Shown: piece by piece, positions 1 through 32,000 of the stretch
How the letters are laid out: every line of letters begins with the position of its first letter
Position numbering within the stretch: the stretch's first letter is position 1
Source of the DNA: Lingula anatina
Taxonomy: Eukaryota; Animalia; Brachiopoda
Assembly (NCBI GenBank): GCA_051362555.1
Contig: CM120643.1
Coordinates: 13,428,644-13,492,643, forward strand
DNA: 64,000 bases
Direction of reading: 5' to 3'
Made by a program: the position numbers and the translations under genes
The notes under the pieces: model-generated
The model's database searches: none
The model's input: only the letters and a program-made list of their open reading frames with translations
Told to the model about the DNA's origin: nothing

Positions 1-317
1 AAAAGCTCCATACACCTAAACAAGCATTTTACCTAGCACATATTTTACAGGTCATTTTGCTACTTTGAAAATAACACTCAGTCACAAACACAGTGACAAA
101 TAAATACTGACCCTTTACATTCAAAATGCCACACCCACCAAGTACATCAACAGTCTGTTTCACATCACCATATTCCAGTACCTGATTCATCCTCCTCCTC
201 ATCATCACTCCAGTTACTTTCCTCACTGTATTCACTCTCACTGATCACCCCCCCCCCCCACCCCAATCCCCCAGAACACTAAGATGGAGTCTGTATCACA
301 TGACCATATTACAGTAC

Positions 318-18516
<18,199 letters not shown>

Positions 18517-18653
18517 TTTGATGAAAACCCTCTTGGATCACATCAAATGGCGCTGCAGCATCAAAATGGCGGGAGTTTTGGACACGATATGACGTCACGG
18601 ATAAAGCCGAAAACTTTCTGCAACAAATTTTTTGATTGGTTAGATATTTCAAT
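18517..18653. promoter_or_regulatory. Bidirectional promoter SPT16/TRAPPC2L
   Basis: 137 bp between divergent ATGs; AAATGGCG (YY1-type) at 18545 and 18564, perfect CRE TGACGTCA at 18590-18597, inverted CCAAT (ATTGG) near 18635. Confidence 0.8.
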
Positions 18654-20552
18654 ATGGCTGTATGTGTTGCAGTCATCTCCAAAGAGGTGAGTTTTTTTAA
18701 ACATTTGTTACTTACATAAAGCTGTTGCATATTCAACGAAACATTTTACTTGGGTTGTCGTACATCAGGGGGAAATAGGAAGAAATATTTTTTTAGAATT
18801 GTATTTTATTACAAGCATATGAAAGGGGAATCCCTCCCCTTTTGTAGTAACCCGCCCCCCCCCACACACATTTTACAAATATAAACACCCGTTGCACATA
18901 GACATGAATATATTGCGGATTAATTTATTTTACTTGTCCTCATTTTTCTGAAGTATTGATGGATATCAGTAATAAATGATTAAGTTGATATAAAATTAAC
19001 TTTATACTGTACTGTATGTTATTTTCATTTCAGAATTTCCCACTCTTCATCAAGACCATACCAACAGAGAATGAACTGAAGTTCTTCTACACAGTGCATA
19101 CATCACTGGATGTGGTTGAGGAAAAGATTTCCAATGTGGGGAAAAACGTGAATGATATGAGAGAATTGTACCTGGGCTTACTCTACCCTACTGAGGACTA
19201 TAAAGTGTATCCTTGTGTAGTGCTGAATATTTATAACTACTGGTGGATAAAGGATATATCAAATGAAATGAAAAATGTTTAAAAAAAGAGGAGCAGTTGT
19301 TTGTGTCCCTGTAGCCCTCACTTGTAATTTGTATTATTTTTCTCATTAGACCTGTGATAATACTTCTGTGGGCCCCAGATATTACTTGCATTTCCTTTTG
19401 GTTTGGGATAGGGACTTGGACTGCATCTCAGAGATTTAGATCGATCCATCTGGATCCACCTAACTCCCTGGGGGTTCATGCTAAATTGCTGTCAGCTAAG
19501 CGCACTATAGTTAATTACCCCCTTACAGCTTTTAGTAGGCGGGGCAGACATTTAAGCCTGTTAAGCTGACACTAATCTAGTAAGACTCCCCAGGGGGATA
19601 GGTCGATCTAAAATCTATGGGAATGCAGTCTTAGTCCACCATTTTGTTGTGGAGAGGGATGGGTTCCAGGGGATACAATACCTTGTCAACATTGACATCC
19701 TTTGCTCCAGAAATTTGTATGAACACAATTATCAGCAGAAAAACTACCAATATTGTCGCTTTGAAACTGTAGGAATCTCAGATTTACCTTAACTTGGTGC
19801 CAGTTATGGTTATGTGACGAATACCAAAGTCAAGTTTGTGATTGTTGTTGAGTCTTCCAACACAAACCTCAGAGATAATGAAATTAGAGGGGTAATTTGA
19901 TCATTTTTGACATACTTTCCTCATCATGTTTATCACATGAATTTATCATATATTTGAATGTAGAGATTTTTTCATAGTAGTACCTTTCTGTTACTAAAAA
20001 TGTCACCTTGTATTTAAAAACCTTATTTTATCTTGACTATAAAGTTTATAAATTGTACCAGTACTCACCTGTGCATACATATTTATACATGCACATGTAT
20101 ATGTACTGCAGGGATGCAAACATACTTGCATGTATACACAGAGATAAATACTATTTTTCTGTTTTGATAGATGTTCAGGCGACTTCACAATGCCTACGTG
20201 GACATGATGTGCAATCCATTTTATACTCCAGGGGAAAATATTTCATCAAAGTAAGTTATGAGGAAAACCAGCAATTAACGGGATGTTTGACAATAGGAGA
20301 CCATATTGGTTTAACGTATTTTAATATTTTAACATTTAAAACTTTGTTAAAGTAGTTTTGATTGCACCCCATTTTCCCTCCCCCCCCCCACACACCCCTC
20401 CAACTTTGTTACCCTCTGTGGTCCAGCCCTCAGATTTTCAATGAGGGAAGACTGACTACTTGTTCTCAATAGACATTTAATCATAATTATTTTTATTATT
20501 TCATTTCAGACCATTTGAGCGGATAGTCGACTCCATGCTTGTTCAGGATTAA
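18654..20552 (+). CDS. TRAPPC2L: Trafficking protein particle complex subunit 2-like (sedlin family), 5 exons
   Basis: Exons 18654-18686, 19034-19206, 19804-19891, 20171-20250, 20510-20552 splice to [42 protein letters not shown]...[29 protein letters not shown]...[22 protein letters not shown]...MLVQD*. Confidence 0.96.
19207..19803 (+). other. U12-type (minor spliceosome) GT-AG intron
   Basis: 5' site GTATCCTTG; branch point TACCTTAAC at 19785-19793, 10 nt from the intron end; no polypyrimidine tract; splice restores YKV|YGY. Confidence 0.9.
19412..19637. mobile_element. Imperfect fold-back (MITE-like) element inside the U12 intron
   Basis: Left arm ggacttggactgcatctcagagatttagatcga...tgtcagcta matches the reverse complement of the right arm (ggactaagactgcattcccatagattttagatcga...tgtcagctt). 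A related arm occurs at about 39676-39760. Confidence 0.7.
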
Positions 20553-23068
20553 CATTTCTCTAAAAATTCAGACCATCCAGGATAAAACTGTAAAATTTCA
20601 TAACAAAGAGTGTACAAAATTATCATCACCATTATGTTTATTCATTCGCTCTGTTGCTGCAAAAAAAGTTTCAAAGGAACCAAGATGAAATTAACTATAA
20701 AAATTTCAGAACAAAGTGTGCAGCAAATGATCATAATCATAATGCTTATTCATTCCTAGTCGGTCAGATTGTCCTGAGGGCAGTTGAATCCCAGACTTGT
20801 GGATTGTATGAGGGGAATATTACGTACCGGGGTCTAAAAATGAATAAATTGATCATTTTTACCATGGGAAGAAATCTATACTTGCACCAGGGATGGCAAT
20901 GCCCACTTTTCCCTTCAACCATCTTAATGATCACAATGCACATAAATGACTAGAAATTACCATCAAATCAATCTTTTAGGCTCCAGGAAGAAACATTGCC
21001 ATTTAAGATGACAGAAGAAAGCCATTTTCAACATTATCATTGTACATTGTTCTTTGTTATTATCATCCAGTATCATCCCTGTATTAAATGTTAAATGTGT
21101 TTTTCAATATCTACTGTTACATTTTATTGTCACAAAGATCTAAAAATAATCCAGAAACCGAGGTACAAACTCAATACTTTTATTGTATCCATTATTGCAG
21201 ATTCAGTTGAGAAACGAAGGCATTTGAGGCATGTGTTGCTCTTTGCAAGACTAGGCATCTTTTAAAGCAACTTCTGTGTGATTGCAAGATATACAGCTTC
21301 CTCATATTGTAAGAATATATACTAACGTCCAACATCACCTTTTTAATGACGAGTTAAGAATTATCCTTCTCACTTATCTTCTAACATTGTGGTCTTATTG
21401 ACTGTCACGTTAAGTTGTGACATCTCGATCATCCTTGAAAAATAAGAAGTGTCCCTTTGTCCACGTTTGATAATGGGATTCACTGAAATACTAAGAACAT
21501 GTCGTACACCACTAGGAAAAACAGATCTCTATGAAGTCCCCTTTTATTCAGATAATGCAGATCATGATGCTACAGTTCTTCATAATATAATTCATAATGG
21601 ATAATGTTTCAGGGGGACAAGCACGTCTCAGAAAAAAACTTATAAGTGAGATCAAAATGTCACAATGACTGGAATACAGGCAATATAAATTGATAAATAT
21701 TAAATAGTGCAATGAAAATGCATTTATTCTAGTTATCACTACACATTCCAATCTGTTGTTTATATCATAAAAATTTCAACTAAAAATTGCATTATAAACT
21801 TTAATTTATACTGAAACCATTTTCAAATCTAAAATGACTCTATGATATTTTATATTTTAAGAGCATCAGAAAGCCCAGCTGTCAGGCGATAATGAGTTGT
21901 AAATATTGGAACAATGTCATGTACCGCAATAATATAAATGAAGGTGTATCTGAGAAAATGTCAACTAATGCCTGTACACCAAAACTGTCTTGCAAGTATA
22001 AATAAATAACAATATTGGGAAAGACAAGTGCTTCTCTATCGATGAAATTTCCTATTGCTCACTGCAGCACAAACTAGGTGTGACTGCATTGAATTAGGCA
22101 TGAATATTCCTTAATGGATTTTTTTTATTAAAATGCATCTATAAGATATAATAATGCACCACATTTCACTTTTCTTGTCTCCCACACCTGTATCAATCAT
22201 GTTCAGATCTTTACATCTCTACCAGGCATTTAATTTTCTAACACCTTAAATATACCAAGATGCACTACTCTGTTCCTCTTGACACAAACAGTGGCGCACC
22301 TAGTGAGTGTTACAGAAACTGTCCTGTGATAATATCCTTCACTGATGTTACTTCAAATCAAGTGTGTTGACTTTGCATTACGACCTTTCAACTGCAAGGT
22401 ATGGTAAAATATTCCAATATTATATTAAAAAATGCTCCAAAATATCCACTCGTTCGCATTATTTTACAGAGAAGGAAATTAAGTCAACATCATACGTTGT
22501 TGCTCCCATAATGAACAATATTTGACCAATAATATGGCATACAATGGTATATATCTAATGGTATTACAGTCAACATGGTATGAAAATAGGGTGCAGCTTT
22601 TTGATGAACACAGTAGCGTAGGTATCTACACAGCTCATGACATAGTATATGATGAGAGAAATCCATTGCTGTCAGGGAATACATCTTGAAAGCAATACTT
22701 AGACAATTTTCCCCCTGTAAAATTCATAGTTAAAATTCAGCCTCTGCATTAAATTGAAGTGTACTGACATTATCACACTTAAAAATGATTCCTTCCTCGC
22801 ATATCATTTTATATGTGTTTTATATGGGTAAGTCACACAATTTGTTACATCAGAAACTGACCATAATTGTCCCTTCAACAACTGTCTGTGTTGTGAAGCA
22901 AGGAATTGCCCATACTTGACTATTTGATCCACAAGTCAAAAAGTAGGAACTGTCTGTATTTGACACACAGATGTGTGCACCAGAAACTGCCCATACTGGA
23001 TTTTTTTCCTTTAAAAACTGGATTTTAATCTTGATCCTTTCGCTAGTTCTCCTAATACTAGGTTGTGG

Positions 23069-26000
23069 TTATTCTACAAACTTGTAGTCTGCCTCTGCCA
23101 TGTCTATAGCCCAGGCAAATTTCTCTCGTTGGGTTTTGTTGTAGACCTTCTCAATGGGGACATCCCACTTCTTACACCTGAAACCAAAAACAGAACACCA
23201 AAATGAAATATTTTGTCAATAAAAAAATGTATATAACTATTTAAATAAATATATGTACCTGCTTCTGCCCAAATACCAAAATTTATGTAACTTTTACCTT
23301 TAAATTAAAGAAAAAGAGTCATAACTTACAATTGATCAAAAACAATTATTATTTAGTAAGCTAAAGAACATTTTGAAATTTCTAAAAAAACAAATCTTGT
23401 ATATATAGCTTGCAATTTCACGTCACATTCAGAACCATTGAAAAAAAAATCAAAATGAAAACTTCGAATCCTGACATCAGTCACAATCCTGAAAACTTTC
23501 ACTCATGCAATTATGCTCATTTGCTTACTTTCCTTCAATTACTAGGGAAAAAATGCTGCAACTCTGATTCTGACTTGTAATAAATCAAATGCATATCTTT
23601 ACAAGCCGCAATGAAGTAGTAGCTGCATACTGGAAAAGTGAAGAACACAAAACACCTACCAGGCTACAGAAATTCTTGGATCCAGGTAGTTCAACTTGGA
23701 GGTGCCGAGGGCGATTTCTTTATTCTCGTCCTTGTCAGTCAACTGTACCTCCAGTTTGACGAGCTGCTCTTCTAACCTGGCCAAGGCCTTCTTCTTACGC
23801 TCTAGAACACTGTTAGAGAAAACGAGAGAATTACATCGCTGACTACATGATGTATATAACAGGGTTGTGAACAGCAAATTTCAGGCTTGATGCAGAATAC
23901 CTTTAAAGGAGCAGAAATAGTTAAGTTAACACCTTTAAAATTAAGTTAATACCTTTGAAATGCTTGTCAAAGTGGAGCACATCTTTATTCAGATGCATGA
24001 CCAACATAAATTTCCTGCAGGCCCCAATATAAAAAATCTGGTTAAAATTTATATTCATATTGGCTAACACTGACACTTAATACTTTAGATATACTTTAGA
24101 TAATATAAAGGAAAAAAAAAATGCCCACCCCTTCTTTGACTCGGACTTGGATGCCTTGTAATCACTCTTTGCATCCTTCACTGCCTTCTTGGCTTCTTTA
24201 ATGGTGTCCTTCTTGGCTTCAATCTATAAAGATAGTCAATATGTTTTGCATGAGTTAGAGATCACAATTATTATAATTATTCTGACTGCAGGCTAGCAAA
24301 GCTTGTATAGAGAACATCATGTTTAATATGATCACATTGCAAGCAGATTGAAACCTAATTTTCATATCAAATATGCTATCGTTAAATTTTAAAAGTACAT
24401 TCATAATGTTTCAAAAGACTTGCCAGTGAGAGATTATAGCTTGAAGTGTGAGTGCAGAATGCATGAAAAAAGCAAAAAGAGCTGCCTCTTTTGAAAATAA
24501 AGAGAGCAGGCTGACAACGTTTGTATTGGGAGGGTAGAACAGTTCCATTTTAGCACTTTTTTAGGTGTGATCTTTGAACGCAATGGCTGAGTCACTTTGC
24601 CTCACCTTGCTCTTCATGTTCTCCATCTGTTTATCAAAATTCTTGGGTGCAGCACGTTGATGGTTGCACAGCACGGCTACGGCACGGTTTGCACGATTGT
24701 AGGCCAACAGCTTGGCTGCGATTGGATCTTCAGCTGTAAGCAATTTGTGGAACAAAACTATGTAAAATAGCTAGTCAAAACTAAATATCAATAACAAACA
24801 ATTCTGGAAAATTTCAACAATAACACTAATACCATGCTGGCATAGAAATTTAAATATTAATATTAAATTTTATTTTCTGTGAAATCCATAAAAAAATTGC
24901 AAACAATAATACTGCACATTCTTATTTGCTTCAGCCAAAATTAACAATTTCTGGGATGAGACTTTTTTTTTTTTGGCTCCCAAAAAGTTGGAAATCTGCC
25001 AATTGTTGGATAAATCCCATGCCTGCAATTTTCAGTACTTAAACTGTCCAAATGAGCTCAATTCGTACACTTTTCTAAAACCTCCCATGACCTTACCGTT
25101 AGTGAGCAGGTCCAGCTGTTCTTGCAGAGTTCTGGAGGCGTTATATGTCCTGAACACCTTGGCTGTCAACCCGTCCATCAGCTCCTGGAGATGCTTGTTT
25201 AAAATGCTTGTCTGGAAGAGATTTAAGGGTAAAAAATTACATGTATTACTAAGTTCATTAACTCAAGTATACACCATTTAAATCACTTATTACAAAATAA
25301 AGATTACTGTAGTTTCATAATACCAAACTGCACGATACTTTCTCCTTTTACTGCTGCAGTAAGACAAAGAAACACTAGCCACCATGTTATCTTAAGTCAG
25401 TATTATATGAAAGCTAATGCAATAAATTGAAAACTGGTAGGTCAGTGGCGTTGATTTTGTGACATGTAGATTAATATGGCTTCTCTCTCATAAAAAGAAA
25501 GAAAATTCCCATGTGCACAACCAAACAGAGCAAGTCAATTAACTTACATTGAGTCTATCAAAGAGATCGTCTCCATCAGCCTTATTCTGCATGAACAACT
25601 GCAGGTTCTTGAACACGCGTTTCTCCACAGCAACCTTGTTGGTGTAGCGGATGGAATCTTTACCAAGAAAGTCAAACTCAACAACGTTTTCCTGCCCTCC
25701 GTCCGTCTCGTGCAGCTTGATGTGCTCTACACGCAGTGAACAACAGCCCACGGTATCAGCCTGGTCTTCATCTTTCTCATTACCAGCTCTCAAGGCAAGC
25801 TGGAAATATTAGAGATTTGAGATCTGCTTCACAATATCTGCTTCAGTGAACTCAAGCCTGTAAACAGCAAAGTTTTTATATGAAGAGAAGCATTCTTCTT
25901 TTTATCCTTATCACCTGGTTTCAGGGCAAGCTGCTCAAACAAAATAACATAAAAGAAATTATTATACTTTATAACGGGCCTTGATTAGAATACACTTTTC

Positions 26001-29000
26001 AGAACAAACTTTTCACTAAATTATGCAAACTTTCCACTAAAGAAACCCACCATGTAGTGTATGTAAATTCACCTCTTTAAGAATGGCAGTTTTCTCATCC
26101 CTTTTAATACAAAATCTGCTTCCAAATGTTGCTGCAATTTATTGGGCACAAAAGAATCATACCTTATCAATGAAGTAGAGAGCTACAGATCTTTGTCGTA
26201 TCCTCATCTCCTTGGATTTAAAGTCCTCCCTGTAGTTGGCTCTTATCCTGTCTACCAACTTGTGGAGCTTTCTGGCAGTTTCGTATTTCTGCCAATCTTT
26301 TTCTCCCTGAACGCAAAGAGGAAAACATAATATTATAACAAAATACATATAATATGTCACATAGTTATAAATATCTGATGTCCACTTCATTTAACTCACG
26401 TCAAAATAACCAGGTGTTACTGATTTTAATTTTTTATTGCAAGACAAAATTATGCATAGCAAAATGGAAAACTATGTAAAAATATAGACATTTTCATTTC
26501 TGTATATACACTTCTAAGGATAAAAAGCCAAATGATGAAATTTGCCAAATTAAGTTCTGTCAAAATTCCCTTCTAAGTTATCATCTAATGAAAGGCTTTT
26601 AATTCTCAGAACTGTCTCAATCAGCAAAGTTTGTCAACACTAATAAATCAGCAGTCTAACATGTTTCAACATCATTTTGAGACAGCCTTTTCTCTTTTTT
26701 TTTTACAGAACACAATGTACTACACAAGGAAATCGCACCAATCATATATCACATTACAAATTGAAATCCAAAACTATTGGTCAAGAGCAGACAAATCAAA
26801 TTTAATGTCACAAAATCAACGCAACTGACCTGTACAACCAGTCATACACTGTTAACTTACCATGACAATGCTGATAGTTTGTAGAAATGAAATTTCTTTT
26901 TATTTTGCCCAAATCTGATTTTAAACCAAAACAATATGTAAATGTTCACCTTAATCTTGGAGCTGGGGTTTAACATCACATATTTGTTCTGTCCCTGTAT
27001 ATTCTCCGTCCAGGTTGCCAACCATGTCACCTGCAAGAACAACCAAGATTTTTAAAAAATAAATTTGTCATACTTTCTTGAAAACTTAATGCAAATAAGG
27101 TTTATTTCAGAAGAAAGATTCAATTTCTCAATCAGTAAAATTTGTTATCATATAAAAATCAGCAGCCTAACATGTTAAAACATCATAATGAGACTTGAAA
27201 AAAAAAATGACAAAAGCTTTGTCTTACTATGTTGTAGAACATTTTACTGATAAATGTGAATTATGTAGATTATTTTCACTACAATGGGATTCAGTCACAT
27301 TCTTTTTCCCAAAATAAATAAATAAATAAATAAAATAACTACTTACAGTATTGTCATGGCGGACCTCCTTCCATTTGTGTCCAGCAGGGGGCTCTGGGAT
27401 GTTTGAATCTCTGGAAAAAGACAAAAATTGTGAAATGATGTGTGGGTTAATATTTGTCTGAATAAACTCCACTGAAACATACCCATGGGGTATAGTATTC
27501 TTTCTTCTTTTTTATCAGAAAATTTGAATATTTGAGGTGCAACAACTTACTTGCTACAGTTGATGGTCACATCCTCGGGCATTATTCTTTTTTTCAGCAT
27601 TCCTTGTTTTGGATGTTCCCCTCTACCACGGAACAAACCAGGCGGTTCAATCCTGAAGTTGCCAATCTTCTGTCTGTACCCATCCATTGTGCAGAAGCCA
27701 TATTCTTCTTGAAGCTTAGCATTTTCTTCTTTGATTTTCTGAAAATCACGTTAGTGACCTGGCATTCAATTTAATTTCAAACCTTTTTTTCAAATACTTC
27801 ATAAGTAATTCTTAGAAGCATAGTTATTATGGGTTTTCTGAATAACAAGATGCTGTGAAATAATACAAAATTTTTGGCATATTATAATAGTTTTAAAGCA
27901 TCACCTGCACAAATTTAGAGAAGTATCAAACAATTTTAGAAATATAAGAACAGCAATAACTGATCCAATAATTTCCCATGACATTATCTACTGCTTTTCT
28001 GCTTACATTTTTCTGTTCTTTGGACATATTCTTCCTCTCTTCTGATTTCATCTTGTAATATGCATCAAATTCCTTGAAGTTGCATTTTTTCAGGTCAGTA
28101 ATAATAGACCTTTCCTCTGAAGTCATTACCTGGAGAGAAAAATTAAATATATATAAAATAATTGAGAAATATATACATAAAGTACAATGTACTGTATGTC
28201 TGCAAAATATCCAAAAATACAATAAACTTGAGAATTTCAGAGTAAAATTGATGACATTAATAATGATCAAGCAGCAAAGGAACATACATAGATACAAATC
28301 CACAGAAAAAGATTTAATGGCATTTAGGCGTGTTACAGCTTTAACCAACCTTCCTCCAGTCCTTAAAGAAATTCTTATTAAATATTTCTTTGGTTGTGTA
28401 GTCATGGTCCAGCATCCTGCCATAGAATCCTGCCACTTCTTCTGCTTCCTCACTCAATTTCATCTTTTTACCTGGAACAACATCAAGGGAATTCAATGAC
28501 TCACTTAAATGAAATGAAACAAAGACATGGTTATAGTTTGACCTTTGCACAACCCCACAATATTCTATTCTGTATACAGTTTGGCTGTATTATATTTCAG
28601 TACTCTTAGCAATCAATTTTAGATTAACATTTTATTTTGTGGCCAATAAGTCAAAGTAAATTGTGTAATAATTCTCACTTTGTTTCAGCATTAATAAAAG
28701 TTTCCTTAAAGGGATAATAACTCTTCGTTTTGGCCAAAAAATGAATTTTCCTGGAGTAAACAACAATTTTCCCATACTTACCAATAGTTAATGAATCCAT
28801 TTTTACATTCAAAGTTAGTCCCTGGTTTTTTTCTAAAAAGTTTGGTTTTTTGTTAAAATCTCTTAAGAGATTATAACAGAGCATAGCCATCAATGGAGGT
28901 CACGTGGTCTGAAGACAAGCTCGGATATCAGAATAATAGCTTTAACTGCTGTTTTTTGTCGTAAAACAGAATATATTATATTTCTATGAGTTATTCACAA

Positions 29001-32000
29001 TGTTTTTATTGTGAAATATAGACCTCTTACAAAGAGTTATTATCCCTTTAACCGGCCGAATATCCAAATATCAATCAACCTACATACTTGTTTGTCCAAT
29101 TACTCCATTAATGCATTCATATATACTACACAATATAGGGGATATAGAATCATGGTTGGTAAATAAATTGCATCAGCTGGCAAGAACCACAACAACATGG
29201 ACGGTCACAGGTAACCTGAATTTCTATAGACACTTGGCATGTGAATCCCTCAATTAAAAAAAAAAATGGAAAGCAAGGAAAAGAGAATTTTGAAGCTGTG
29301 CATGATATAACACTTCTCTGTCTTGGAGTGACCATAGTGTATTCTGTCTACATAACAGCAGCAAGTCACACTGTATATGTACCCATGTCTTACCATTGTA
29401 GTAAAAGTTAACACTATCTGGCACTCTCTCATACTTGGGAGCAAATACAGGTCCTTTGTGTTCCAGAAATTTCCACTTGACGCCATCATCGCGCTTTTCC
29501 TCCTCCCACCTGTGGTGTATGATGAAATGTGTCAATAAATTATCAACATAAGGATTAATCAAACCAATCACCCAATCCAAAATAGCAGGGGTCTGAGAGC
29601 AGTTAAACATATATGCTGTTAAGAAAATTATTTCTAAGAGCTGTATGGTTTCCATCAAAATACTTTTGGATTCAAAAATTGAAATTGAAAAATTATAACT
29701 CTCACCACTTCCAAGTCTGTACATTTTCTTCCTCCTTCTTTTTCTTTTTTGGTGTAGTCTCCACACCAGGTTTCGTCTTGGTTTTCGTTTTCTTCTTGTC
29801 TTTAGCATCTTTTTTCCTCTTGGCCTAAAACAAGGTTGAATTTGACATTTTAAGGTTGATTGGTATATGATATGGACAAGTATCACTTTGACAAAAAGTT
29901 TATACACCCCTGCAAAAATTTTATATTTGCAGATATATATGGTGCTTGAATCAACAAAACATCAATATAACAGCTAGACTATAAATTAAAAATAAGAATA
30001 TCTCATAAAATTAATTGCGTCATAAAACCTAAAACCTTTGCGTCATAAAACCTTTGGCTATTTGTTTTTCTTTCAAAAGCCGAAACTCATTAAGAAGAGT
30101 CAAGCTAATATTTATTATGCTACAGGGAAAGCTACAAATTAAACGTTCATGTTCTGTTCATTTCATGTGAAAATGGAAGTTTCACTGGAAGGTCTTCAGA
30201 TGCCAAAGATAATCAATAGTTCTGTTACAGAAAGACATGTAGAATGCTGATAAATACCTGGCTGAAAATCAGACTTACCAAAGGCATATCATCTTCAGAA
30301 TCATCAGCTTTCCTCTTGACGGCTTTCTTCTCCTCCTTCTTCACTTTCTTGACTTTGTCCATCCTTGAAGACAATGGCTCATCGTCGTCGTCAGACTCTG
30401 GTAGGGGTCGTTTGTCTTTTTTCACAGGAGACTCTTTTTTCACTAATTCTTTCCTTGAGGACTAAAAAAATTACAATGAAAAAATTATAAGAAGCCTGCA
30501 GGATAATAATACAGCTTAAAGCGAAAAAATACATATGAAAATTCACAGTTACACATCTCTCAAGCTTACACAAATTCATTCATTTAAAGAAAAATAAACA
30601 CATGTACCCGTCTTGACGTGAGATGGGGAAAACCTTTTTAGGATGATGATCCAGCAACTCACTTTGATTACTGTCCTACAGAGAATAACTAACCAGGTCT
30701 CAGGTAAAATAAGGATATCGATTCCAACTGACACACTCATTAAAATTCTTGAATTTTGTGCAACTCAACAAAAATGTATTTCAAAGATTTGTTAGTGCAA
30801 ACCCTGTTGTTGTTGTCTTTTTCCTTTTCAGAAGACTTTGTTAAAAGAGAGATCACAGCTGACTTACCAGAGGCATATCATCATCGCTGTCCTCGACCTT
30901 CACCTGAGAGGTCGAGGGTTCTTTCTTGATCTTCGAGGGTGACAGTGGCTCCACCTTTGGTGCATCTCCACTTTCAGGTTCTTTCTTTATAAAAACGTCC
31001 TTCTTCTCTGCAGAGTGAGAAGAGGAACTTTTGTGTTTGTCTTTGTCCCTGTTTTCTTTATCTCTTTGCTTTTCTTTCATCTTGTCTTTATTCTTGCTTT
31101 CACTGGATCCAGCGTCATCTTTAGACTTTGAACTCGAACTGCTGGAATGTTCTTTCAGCCTATCATGGGATGAGCTACTGCAATGACAATATAACTTTAT
31201 TAATTTTTTTTTTAATTATTAATTTAACTTTTGAATTGTTTCTATTTTACTATTTCTTTTTCTTTTAGAAGCCATCGGAGGTTTCTTTCATCTTGCTCCC
31301 ATATTTGACAAGTTATCACCCTTGAAAATTTTCTATGCAATATTCAACTTGTCTTATCTAGGCACACTGGAACTTAAACAATTTCAGAAATGCAGAATCG
31401 AATGCCGGATTACCTATGCTTGTCTTTAGATGAACTAGAGGATGATGAACTTGAAGGCTTAGTGGGGTCCTTTGGTTTAGAAGAACTTGAAGAGCTTCCT
31501 TCCTTGGGTTTTGATGAACTAGAACTGCCATCTTTAGGTTTGGATGAGGATGAAGATGAGCCGTGTTTGGACGAGCTTGAACTGCTCCCCTCTTTATGCT
31601 TGTCCTTACTAGAGGAGCTACTATGTTTGTCCTTGTCCCTGTGTTTTTCTTTATCCTTGTCCCTGTGTTTGTCCTTATCCTTATCCCTGGGTTTATCCTT
31701 ATCCCTGTGCTTGTCCTTCTCTCTGTGTTTATCTTTCTCTCTATGCTTGTCCTTTTCTCTCTGTTTGTCCTTTTCCCTGTGCTTGTCCTTGCTGGCATCC
31801 CCATTCTCCTTACTGAAGAAGTTACATTTTAATTACAGTTTAATTTCCAAATAATTATAATAATATTCATTTGCATTTAAAAGTTGGATGGTACATATTA
31901 AATTGTAGTGAAATGGAAATTCTAAGGAAAATATACCAGACATTAAAACATTTTCTAAAATACATTTAAAAGAAATATAACTGAATTACAAACTGTGAAG

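Noticed and set aside
20553-23068. Hidden gene between TRAPPC2L and TOP1
   Set aside because: Only short uninformative ORFs; consistent with convergent 3' UTRs, with poly(A) signals near 21083 (+) and 21123-21184 (-).
25305-25450. Single good hairpin followed by ACA in a TOP1 intron
   Set aside because: No convincing 5' hairpin or recognisable target.
30600-30720. H/ACA-like layout in a TOP1 intron with an 11-nt match to LSU ACCCGTCTTGA
   Set aside because: The 3' hairpin lacks a convincing lower stem, the match fits neither pocket nor D-box geometry, and an 11-mer rRNA match can occur by chance.
31358-31854. Overlapping 148-aa and 154-aa ORFs
   Set aside because: Alternate-frame and antisense shadows of the repetitive TOP1 N-terminal exon.
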